This document shows, in pieces, positions 1-8,240 of a stretch of 59,356 nt of DNA. The notes below the pieces were generated by a model that searched no databases, had not been told where the DNA came from, and was given only the letters and a program-made list of their open reading frames with translations. The stretch comes from Chloroflexota bacterium (GTDB lineage: Bacteria; Chloroflexota; Dehalococcoidia; SpSt-223), in assembly GCA_023512725.1 (NCBI GenBank), contig JAILZB010000002.1, forward strand, positions 1-59,356, read 5' to 3'. How positions within the stretch are numbered: the first letter of the stretch is position 1; every line of letters starts with the position of its first letter. A program made the position numbers and the translations under genes.

Positions 1-1
1 C

Positions 2-733
2 CCCCAGACCGACCGCCGCTCCTTCGTGGCCGAACTCAAGCGCGAGTTGCCGACAGCACTCCGGCGCCTCCAGCAGGGGAACATCGCCCCGGTGGACTTC
101 GCCCAGGCGGCCATCGGCCCCGGCATGGCCATCTACTCCCGCTACAGCCGGATCCTGGAGGCGAGCGGCCGGCCGATGAGCGTCCGCACGGCCCTCGCCC
201 TCATCAACCAGACGCTCACCGAGGTCCTCTCCGAGCAGGAGGACGAGTTCGAGGCCGACACCCGGTGGGCCATCGCCTGGTACGAGCAGCACGGCTTCGA
301 GGAGGGGGAGTTCGGGGATGCGGAGCTTCTTTCCAAGGCCAAGGTGACCACAGTGAGCGGCCTGGCGGAGGCGGGGGTGGTGGTCTCGAAGGGAGGGAGG
401 GTCCGGCTCCTCCGGCCCGAGGAACTCCCGGGCGGCTGGGACCCTCAGGAGGACCGGCGCGTGAGCGTGTGGAAGGCCACCCACTACCTCCTGCGTGTCT
501 ACTACCACGAGAAGCGCGGGGACCGGGCCACAGCGGAACTCCTGCGACGGCTGGGCTCCCGGGGAGAGCTCGCCCGCGACCTCGCCTACCGGCTCTTCGC
601 CATCGCCGAGAAGAAGGGCCGCTCCCAGGACGCCCAGGCCTACAACGCCCTGGTCCTGGGCTGGCCCGAGCTTGCAAAGCTGGCCCAGAAACCCCGCTCG
701 GGTACGGGCTCGCTTTTCGGAGGCAGGGAATGA
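2..733 (+). CDS. C-terminal part of a COG1743/DUF1156-type adenine-specific DNA methyltransferase (5' end lies outside the window)
   Basis: The reading frame is open from the window edge (same frame as ORF 26..733). The tail ...ARDLAYRLFAIAEKKGRSQDAQAYNALVLGWPEL resembles the conserved C-terminus I recall for DUF1156 methylases. The gene sits next to a DUF499 ATPase, its usual partner. Confidence 0.55.
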   Translation, partial: PQTDRRSFVAELKRELPTALRRLQQGNIAPVDFAQAAIGPGMAIYSRYSRILEASGRPMSVRTALALINQTLTEVLSEQEDEFEADTRWAIAWYEQHGFEEGEFGDAELLSKAKVTTVSGLAEAGVVVSKGGRVRLLRPEELPGGWDPQEDRRVSVWKATHYLLRVYYHEKRGDRATAELLRRLGSRGELARDLAYRLFAIAEKKGRSQDAQAYNALVLGWPELAKLAQKPRSGTGSLFGGRE

Positions 734-736
734 CAG

Positions 737-1051
737 GTGTCTGAGGATCTGGTACAGACCATGGTCCAGCGCATCGTGGAACGCTTCCGCCCCGTGCGCG
801 TCATCCTGTTCGGGTCGCGGGCCCGCGGGGAGGCGGGCCCCTGGAGCGACGTGGACCTTCTGGTGGTCCTGGAAGAAGTCGCTAACAAGCGCCAGGCCAT
901 GGTGGAAATCCTGCGGGTTTTGAACGACCTCCCGGTGTGTAAAGACGTGGTGGTGACCACGCCGGACGAGATTTCGCGGCGGGGCCACGTGGTGGGCGAC
1001 GTCCTCCGGTCTGCTTTGCGCGAGGGTAAGGTGGTCTATGAACGGACCTGA
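737..1051 (+). CDS. Minimal nucleotidyltransferase (MNT / pol-beta NTase fold), antitoxin-type
   Basis: The motif ILFGSRARGEAGPWSDVDLLVV matches GS-x(9-10)-DxD. The protein is 104 aa, starts with GTG 3 nt after the methylase stop, and overlaps the downstream HEPN gene by 14 nt. Confidence 0.8.
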   Translation: MSEDLVQTMVQRIVERFRPVRVILFGSRARGEAGPWSDVDLLVVLEEVANKRQAMVEILRVLNDLPVCKDVVVTTPDEISRRGHVVGDVLRSALREGKVVYERT

Positions 1052-1457
1052 ACTGCAGAGCGAAGCCAGACGGTGGCTCCGTTTTGCCCAGGAGGATCTC
1101 CGGGAGGCAGAGCGGCTCCTGGCCTGGCCCGACTCCGTCCCCCGGCACGTCTGCTGGTTTGCACAGCAGGCCGCGGAGAAATCCCTCAAGGCGGGCCTGG
1201 TGCTGGAGGGGATCGAATTCCCGTTTCGCCACGACCTAGACGGGCTACGCAACCTTCTGCCGCCTGGCTGGTCCGTGAAGGAGGCATACCCGGACCTGGG
1301 CGAGCTGACGGCGTGGGCGGTGGAGGCCCGCTACCCGGGGGAGTGGCCGGAGGCCACCTGGGAAGACGCCCGCCATGCGGCGAGCCTGGCAAGGGCCGTC
1401 TACCAATGTGTCGTCAGGGACTTCGAACGGCGCGGGGTGAGATTCGAGGGAGGGTGA
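1038..1457 (+). CDS. HEPN-domain protein (PF05168-like), toxin-type partner of the MNT
   Basis: Carries AAEKSLKAGL...FRHDLDGL and ...EARYPGEW motifs typical of stand-alone HEPN proteins. The gene overlaps and is coupled to the MNT gene. Confidence 0.8.
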   Translation: MNGPELQSEARRWLRFAQEDLREAERLLAWPDSVPRHVCWFAQQAAEKSLKAGLVLEGIEFPFRHDLDGLRNLLPPGWSVKEAYPDLGELTAWAVEARYPGEWPEATWEDARHAASLARAVYQCVVRDFERRGVRFEGG

Positions 1458-1460
1458 ACC

Positions 1461-4400
1461 ATGGCCATGACCAACCACGAGCGAGTCGGCAAGGCCCTGG
1501 ACCTCCTGCGGGCGGGCCTGGGGCCGTTTGTCGAGCGGGAGCTCCAGGGGCAGTACCGGGGCCAGGCCAGGGCAGAGGCCGCGCGGCTGGTGGGAGACGA
1601 CCGGAACGTGACGGGCAAGACCATCCGGGACTGGGACGTGGCGGCCCTGCTGCGGGTCATGTGGGAGGGCTGGAACGAGGTGTTCCGCCGGACCCTGGGC
1701 CAGACCGAGCGGAGCCTGGTTTCGGAGCTGCGGGACTGGCGGAACAAGTGGGCGCACCAGGAGGCCTTCAGTAGCGACGACGCGTACCGGGCACTGGACT
1801 CTGTCTCCCGGCTCCTTTCGGCCGTGTCCGCCCCGCAGGTGGAGGAGCTGGAGCGCATGAAGATGGAGCTGCTGGGGGTGCGGTTCGACGAGCAGATGCG
1901 GGCCGAGCGCCGGAAGGCCGGCGGAACGCTGGTGGAGGCTGCCGCGACGGGTGCCTTGAAGCCGTGGCGGGAAGTGGTGAGCCCGCACCCGGACGTGGCG
2001 AGCGGCCGCTACCAGCAGGCGGAGTTCGCCGCCGACCTGTGGCAGGTGTACCTGGGGGAAGCGTCCTCCGAGTACCAGGACCCGGTGGAGTTCTTCCGGA
2101 GGACGTACCTCACGGAGAACCTGAAGCGCCTGCTCGTGAACGCGGTCCGGCGCCTCTCCGGAGCCGGAGGCGACCCGGTGGTGCAGCTCCAGACCAACTT
2201 CGGGGGCGGCAAGACGCACGCCATGATCGCCCTCTACCACCTGTTCTCCGGGAAGCTCCCGGCGGAGCTCCCGGGCGTGGAGGCCGTCATGGCAGCGGCT
2301 GGCGCCCACAGCCTGCCGCCGGTGCGGAGAGTGGTGCTGGTCGGCAGCCGCATCTCGCCGGGAAGACCTTCGGTCAAGCCGGACGGTACCGTGGTGCGGA
2401 CCCTGTGGGGGGAGCTCGCCTGGCAGCTCGGGTACGCGGCAGGCGGCATCGAGGAGGCCCGGAGGGCCTACGCCCGGGTGGCGGCGGACGACGAAAAGGC
2501 CACGAGCCCCGGAGACGCGCTACGGGAGCTCTTCAACGCCTACGGCCCGTGCCTCGTTCTCATCGACGAGTGGGTGGCCTACGCGCGCCAGCTCCACGAC
2601 GCACCCGACCTCCCCGGCGGGACCTTCGACACCCAGTTTACCTTTGCCCAGGCGCTGACGGAGTCCGCGCGGGCGGCGCGCGCCTGCCTCGTGGCCATCT
2701 CCCTGCCGGCTTCCGACGAGCCCGCGTCCCCCTACCTGCAGGCGGAGGACATCGAGGTCGGCGGGATCCGGGGCCGTGAGGCACTGGCGCGGCTTCGCAA
2801 CGTGCTCGGGCGGATGGAAGCGCCGTGGCGGCCGGCTACCCAGGAGGAGAGCTTCGAGATCGTCCGCCGCCGCCTGTTTGAGCCGATGACGGACCCCGAG
2901 CAGTTCAAGGCGCGGGACGTGGTGGCCCGGGCTTTCGCGGACCTGTACCGCACGCAAAAAGGGGAGTTCCCTCCGGAGTGCGGCGAGCCGGACTACGAGC
3001 GCAGGCTGCAGGCAGCTTATCCCATCCACCCCGAGGTGTTCGCGCGCCTCTACGAGGACTGGGCGACGCTCCCCACCTTCCAGCGGACGCGGGTGTGCTG
3101 CGCCTCATGGCCGCGGTGATCCACAGCCTCTGGGAGCGGGGTGACAAAAGTCCGCTCATCCTTCCCTCCACCATCCCCGTGGACGACCCTCGGGTGCAGT
3201 TCGAGCTCACCCGCTATCTCTCCGAGAACTGGGTTCCGGTGATCGGAAAGGACGTGGACGGGCCGAACTCGCTCCCGGTGCGCCTGGACGCCGAGGTCCC
3301 CAACCTGGGCAAGTACCACGCCTGCCGTCGGGTGGCCCGCACCATCTACTTGGGCTCCGCCCCCATCCAGCGGGCAGCGCACCAGGGGGTCGAGGACCGC
3401 CGGGTGCGGCTGGGGTGCGTGGCGCCGGGGGAGTCTCCCCAGATCTTCGGAGACGCGCTGCGGAGGCTCGCGGGGGAGGCCACCTACCTGTACCAGGACG
3501 GCGTGCGCTACTGGTACGCCCTCCAGCCCAACGTGACGAGCCTGGCGGAGGAGCGGGCTGAGCAGCTCAAGGGCGAGCCGGAGAAGGTAGCGCGGGAGGT
3601 GGAGCGCCGGGTGCGGGAGGAGGTCCGGAGGTCCGGAGACTTCAGCCGCGTCCACGCCTTCCCGCAGTCGCCTCAGGACGTGCCGGACGACCTGGACGCG
3701 CGGCTGGTGGTGCTCGGGCTGGACCGGCCGTACGCGCGGGGCGAGGACAGCCCGGCTCTGCAGGAGGCGAAGCGGATCCTGGAGTCCCGCGGCACCGCGC
3801 CGCGTACGTACCGCAACACCCTGGTGTTCCTAGCCCCGGACCGGACGCGGGTGCAGGACCTGGACGAGGCGGTGCGGCGGTACCTGGCGTGGGAGTCGGT
3901 GCTCCGCGACCGGGAGACCCTGGACCTGACTCCCCACCAGGTGCGGCAGGCGGAGCAGCAGAAGGACGCAAGCGACGACACGGTGAAGGCGCGGCTCCCG
4001 GAGACCTTCTGCTGGCTGCTGGTGCCGGTACAGCAAGACCCCAAGGAGGGGCTGACCTGGCCGGACATCCGGCTCCAGGGCAACGAGGGGCTGGCGGAAC
4101 GGGCCAGCAAGCGACTCTTGCGGGACGAGTGGCTCGTGACCACTCTGGCCGGGACCCGCCTGCGGATGGAGCTCGACCGGATCCCGCTGTGGCGGGGTGA
4201 CCACGTGGAGGTCCGACAGCTGGTGGAGGACTTCGCCCGGTACGTGTACCTCCCGCGCCTCCGGGACCCTTCGGTGCTCGTGGACGCGGTGGAAGACGGC
4301 GTGGCCCTGCCCACCTGGGAGCAGGAGAGCTTTGCCTACGCGGACGGCTACGACGAAGCCACCGGCAGGTACCAGGGTCTGCGGGTGGCCCAGAGCATAG

Positions 4401-4810
4401 CGCTTTCGGCAGAAGCACCCCAGGGGATGGTGGTAAAACCCGAGGTGGCGAGCAGGCAGCTGCAAAAGGAGGGCGTGCTTCCCGGACCCGGCCCGACGCC
4501 CCCAGATGGAGAGAACACCGACCGAGAGCACCAGGGAGACGGCCCTAAGCCGATGCCGCCGAAGCCCGTGCTGCGGAGGTTCTACGGTACCGTAGCTCTG
4601 GATCCCGTGCGAGCAGGAGCCGACGCGGGGAGGGTCCAACAGGAAGTGGTCGCCCACCTCGCGGGCCTACCAGGAGCACAGGTCCGCGTCACCCTGGAGA
4701 TCGAGGCAGAAGTCCCATTCCCCCATGAGGTCCCGGAGCAGGTGGTGCGGGTGGTCAGCGAGAACTGCCGGACGCTCAAGTTCACGAACCACCGGTTCGA
4801 GGAAGAATAA
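1461..4810 (+). pseudogene. Swt1-like HEPN::DUF499 P-loop ATPase, interrupted by a 1-nt frameshift near 3089-3093
   Basis: The N-terminus has an Rx4H HEPN motif (DWRNKWAHQE). The Walker A is TNFGGGKTHAMIALYHL. ORF 1461..3119 ends ...TLPTFQRTR, and ORF 2978..4810 in the +2 frame continues GVLRLMAAVIHSLWE...; together they rebuild the conserved FQRTRGVLRLMA block. The C-terminus ...VRVTLEIEAEVP...ENCRTLKF is typical of DUF499. Confidence 0.7.
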
Positions 4811-4899
4811 GAGCGTAGGAGAGGATCTTCATCACCCTGCGCCTCGACCCCATAGAACGGGCGCTCCCGCTCCCAGCACGTCCCCTCCCCACACAGAGG

Positions 4900-4930
4900 G
4901 TCGCCCCTGCTCCCAGGACGCAGGGGTGAC
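4900..4930 (+). terminator. GC-rich 11-bp hairpin downstream of the DUF499 gene (no U-tract)
   Basis: GTCGCCCCTGC-tcccaggac-GCAGGGGTGAC, containing one G.U pair. It lies 90 nt after the stop at 4810. Confidence 0.3.
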
Positions 4931-5060
4931 ACCGGCACCGGGAGAGGCGACCACTACTGGTTCCCTTCCTCGGGTGCAGCGTGACCCTGACCAGAAGGCG
5001 GGGCAGACCGAGCGTCTCCGCGGCACCGCCTGCCCACTCATGCAGGCGAGCATCCATTCG

Positions 5061-5089
5061 TTGACGCGCCTGAACGGCTGTGCTACAGT
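5061..5089 (+). promoter_or_regulatory. Sigma-70-type promoter for the infC operon
   Basis: TTGACG, a 17-nt spacer, then TGcTACAGT (extended -10). It lies about 95 nt upstream of the infC start. Confidence 0.45.
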
Positions 5090-5096
5090 TGGAGGG

Positions 5097-5125
5097 GCGG
5101 GGGCCTTCCCCGCTATCTTTTGTTG
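5097..5125 (+). promoter_or_regulatory. Leader hairpin plus U-rich tract (possible attenuator, or an insulating terminator)
   Basis: GCGGGG-gcctt-CCCCGC followed by TATCTTTTGTTG, sitting between the putative promoter and infC. Confidence 0.3.
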
Positions 5126-5184
5126 TCCTCTCCTGCTAGCGCGCAGGAGGAAGAGGTAGGGTACCATCAGCGAGGTGGGCAGAC

Positions 5185-5745
5185 ATTAACCGAGAACTGC
5201 GCGTCAACGAGCGGATCCGCGCGCGCGAGGTCCGGCTGATTGGCGAGCGAGGCGAGCAGCTGGGTATTATGACCCTTCCCCAGGCGCTCCAGTACGCCCG
5301 CGACCGGAACCTCGACCTCGTGGAAGTTGCTCCGACTGCTTCCCCGCCGGTCTGCCGCTTGATGGACTACGCGCGGTGGAAATACGAGCAGGCCAAGAAA
5401 GAGCGCGAGGCACGCAAGAACCAGAAATCGGTGCTCATCAAAGAGGTACGCTTCCGCCCGAAGATCGACGACCACGATATCGACTTCAAGGTGAAGCAGA
5501 TCCTCCGATTTCTGGCCGATGGGGATAAAGTCAAGATCAGCGTCCTCTTCCGAGGACGCGAGGTCGCGCACCCGCAGATCGCCAAGCAGCTGCTCGATAA
5601 CGTGGTGGCGCAGGTTAAGGCCCACGCAACGATCGAAAAGCCGGTCTCCCTCGAGGGCCGCGCCATGTCGCTCGTGCTGGCACCACTGGCCACTCCGACA
5701 GCCGCGAAAGGTGCCCGCGAGAGCCGCGAACCCACCGCGCCCTGA
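5185..5745 (+). CDS. infC: Translation initiation factor IF-3 with a non-canonical ATT start
   Basis: In-frame INRELRVNERIRAREVRLIGERGEQLGI lies upstream of the first ATG (5269) and matches the IF-3 N-domain. An ATT at 5185 is preceded by GAGGTGG at 5172-5178. ATT/ATA starts are the rule for infC. Confidence 0.85.
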   Translation: MNRELRVNERIRAREVRLIGERGEQLGIMTLPQALQYARDRNLDLVEVAPTASPPVCRLMDYARWKYEQAKKEREARKNQKSVLIKEVRFRPKIDDHDIDFKVKQILRFLADGDKVKISVLFRGREVAHPQIAKQLLDNVVAQVKAHATIEKPVSLEGRAMSLVLAPLATPTAAKGARESREPTAP

Positions 5746-5867
5746 CCGAGCGAAGGCAGAGGCGGAGCGCCCCCGCTCGCGGGGGTGATCGCCTCCACCC
5801 AAGCGAACGATCATCTGACCGAGTGATGGCACAGGCGGAGCGCCTCGCGCTCCGCGAGGAGAACGCG

Positions 5868-6065
5868 ATGCCGAAGATGAAGACGCACAAGGGTGCGGCA
5901 CGTCGCTTCAAGATCACCGGCACCGGCAAGCTGCTCCGCATGCACGGCGGGAAGAGCCACCTACGACGCAAGAAGGCCAAGCGGGTCAAGGCCCTCTTCG
6001 ACCGGATGGTGCCGGTCTCCCCAGCCGACGCCGGCCGCCTCAAGAAGCTGCTGCCCTACGCCTGA
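5868..6065 (+). CDS. rpmI: 50S ribosomal protein L35
   Basis: Begins MPKMKTHKGAARRFKITGTGK, with a GAGGAG Shine-Dalgarno at 5856-5861. Confidence 0.93.
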   Translation: MPKMKTHKGAARRFKITGTGKLLRMHGGKSHLRRKKAKRVKALFDRMVPVSPADAGRLKKLLPYA

Positions 6066-6077
6066 GGAGGTGGAACG

Positions 6078-6431
6078 ATGACACGGGTCAAGCGTGGCGT
6101 CACGGCACGCCGACGCCACAAAAAGGTGCTGGCCCAGACCGCCGGCCACCGAGGCGGTCGTCACCGCCTGTTTCGCCAGGCGAACGAATCCCTTCTCCAC
6201 GCCCTCGCCTACGCCTACCGCGACCGGCGGAACCGCAAGCGGGACTTTCGCCGCCTCTGGATCCTGCGCATCAACGCGGCCGCCCGCTTGCACGGCACGA
6301 CCTACAGCCGCTTGATTGCCGCCCTGAACCGGGCCAACATTCGGCTCGACCGCAAAATGCTGGCTGAGCTTGCCGTCTCCGACCCCACTGCCTTCGCAGC
6401 GGTTGTCAAGACTGCCCTGGCGTCAGCCTGA
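6078..6431 (+). CDS. rplT: 50S ribosomal protein L20
   Basis: [18 protein letters not shown]...[24 protein letters not shown]. Confidence 0.95.
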   Translation: MTRVKRGVTARRRHKKVLAQTAGHRGGRHRLFRQANESLLHALAYAYRDRRNRKRDFRRLWILRINAAARLHGTTYSRLIAALNRANIRLDRKMLAELAVSDPTAFAAVVKTALASA

Positions 6432-6452
6432 GAGTGAAGTTAGGGAGATGTG

Positions 6453-8189
6453 ATGCCTCGCGCCAAACGCGGCGTTTCCCCGGACCCGGCCCCGACCCTC
6501 GAGAACGTCCCCGTCGAGGTTGCTCCCCCCGAGGTCGCTCCCGCTGAGCTACCCGCGAGCACCCCACCCCAGCGGGCCAGCCGTCGCTCACGCGCAACTT
6601 CCCCAGTTGCCGAGAGCCCCACGCCGGCTCCAGCGGCTCCGGAACCTGCGCCCACTCCAAAGTCACGCCGGGGCCGAAAGGCTACTCCTGCTGCGCCAGA
6701 GGTGGAAGCAGGCAGTTCGGTGGCGCTCGCTGGCTCCCCCTCTCCGCCCGCCGCTGCAGAAGCGAGCAGCAGCTTCGCTGCCGACGCTCCAGGAAACGAG
6801 CTCGCATTCGCTCCTGCCACCGTATCAGCTGAGGAGCATACCTATCCCGGTAATGGGGCACCCCTCCACGCCACGGGAGCGCCACCAACCGACCGGGAGA
6901 CGAACGCTGCTCCCTCCCCCCCCGCTCCGCGTCGGCGTGCCCGAGCGACCAGCACTGGCCAGGCCACCGTCGAGGCTTCGCCCCCACCGCCAGCACCCGC
7001 TGCGAGCGCGCCAGCAGTAAGCCCTCCCACACCGGTCATCGTAGAGCGGAGTGCTCCGCCGGGCGTGATCTCCAGTCTGGAGAACGAACGCGTCCGCTTC
7101 GTGCGGAGCTTGCACGACAAGCGCGCCCGCGACGAACACCGTGCCTTCCTCATCGAAGGCATCCGCTTGATCGAAGAGGCGCTCAGCTCGGGTGTGACCT
7201 TGCCGCTTGCCCTCTACGACCCCGAGGCGGTCAGCCACCACGCCCGCGCTCGCCAGCTCGTCGATGCCTTGCGCGAAGCAGCACTCCCCGTCACCGACCG
7301 GGTGCTCCGGAGCGTTGCTGATACCCAGAACCCCCAGGGGATCGTCGCGGTCGTGCGCGTCCCCGAGCCCGCTGAGCGCCAGCCCAGCGGCCGGCTCGTC
7401 CTCATCCTCGATGCCATCCAGGACCCTGGGAACCTCGGCACGATCCTGCGCGCAGCAGTGGCAAGCGGGGTCAGCTCGGTCATCATCGGGCCGGACTGCG
7501 TCGACGTCTACAGCCCGAAGGTTGTGCGGGCAGGCATGGGCGCCCACTTCCACCTCGACCTGTTCACCGACCTCGATTGGCCCCAGATCGAACGCCTGAC
7601 AGCCGGTCGCCAGCGGTTCGTCGGTGCTCCAGTTGGCGGCCGGGTCTACCACCAGGTGGACTGGACCCGTCCCTCGGTCCTCATCATCAGTAACGAGGCC
7701 AGCGGCCCGAGCCTGGGCGCCCTGCGGCTCGCGGGCGGGCAAGGCGGTGGGAAAGTCTCGATCCCGATCGTCGGGCCGGCGGATTCGCTGAACGCCGCGG
7801 TGGCCGCCGGTATCCTCCTCTTTGAGGCAGCACGCCAGAATGAACGGCCTGCCCAGCGTGTCGACCGCGGGCAGCGGCCCGACCGTGGCCAGGGCCAGCG
7901 ACCGAACCTGGGACGCAACAGCCCCTTCCGCAACGGCGCCCCCCAGTGGGAAGGCGGCTGGCGGCCAGGCTTCTCCCGCCCGGGCGGCCGCCCCGCCGAC
8001 GGTCGACCGTTTGGCGGCCAGGGTGGGCGCCCCTACCCACCCGGCGGACGGCGGCCAGGTGACTTCGACGATGACGGTCCACCACCCTCCGGTGGCCAGC
8101 CCCGCGGTGGCCGGCCAGGCCACAACCGCCCCGGCGGTGGGCGTTCCGGCGGGCGACCTCCCTTCCGCGGTGGGCGGAGCGGGCGCTAG
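6453..8189 (+). CDS. TrmH/SpoU-family RNA 2'-O-methyltransferase with a roughly 200-aa Pro/Ala-rich N-terminal extension and an RGG-rich C-terminal tail
   Basis: SpoU core motifs are present: LILDAIQDPGNLGTILRAAVASG, LIISNEASG and SLNAAVAAGILLFE. An AGGGAG Shine-Dalgarno lies 5 nt before the ATG at 6453 (an in-frame GTG at 6450 is also possible). Synteny with infC-rpmI-rplT matches the Bacillus ysgA arrangement. Confidence 0.8.
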   Translation: MPRAKRGVSPDPAPTLENVPVEVAPPEVAPAELPASTPPQRASRRSRATSPVAESPTPAPAAPEPAPTPKSRRGRKATPAAPEVEAGSSVALAGSPSPPAAAEASSSFAADAPGNELAFAPATVSAEEHTYPGNGAPLHATGAPPTDRETNAAPSPPAPRRRARATSTGQATVEASPPPPAPAASAPAVSPPTPVIVERSAPPGVISSLENERVRFVRSLHDKRARDEHRAFLIEGIRLIEEALSSGVTLPLALYDPEAVSHHARARQLVDALREAALPVTDRVLRSVADTQNPQGIVAVVRVPEPAERQPSGRLVLILDAIQDPGNLGTILRAAVASGVSSVIIGPDCVDVYSPKVVRAGMGAHFHLDLFTDLDWPQIERLTAGRQRFVGAPVGGRVYHQVDWTRPSVLIISNEASGPSLGALRLAGGQGGGKVSIPIVGPADSLNAAVAAGILLFEAARQNERPAQRVDRGQRPDRGQGQRPNLGRNSPFRNGAPQWEGGWRPGFSRPGGRPADGRPFGGQGGRPYPPGGRRPGDFDDDGPPPSGGQPRGGRPGHNRPGGGRSGGRPPFRGGRSGR

Positions 8190-8240
8190 CGCTCCGGCGG
8201 CCCTGCCCGGTGGCCGACCCCCTCCGGCGAGGGAAGCACC

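Noticed and set aside
5835-5855. 9-bp hairpin GCGGAGCGC-ctc-GCGCTCCGC abutting the rpmI Shine-Dalgarno, as a possible translational operator.
   Set aside because: A 3-nt loop in GC-rich DNA is easily fortuitous. I have no supporting covariation, so it is kept only as a note.
8190-8240. Expected FMN (RFN) riboswitch in front of ribD.
   Set aside because: The gap is only 51 nt, and neither it nor the preceding 300 nt contains the conserved RFN core. This is reported as an absence, not as a feature.
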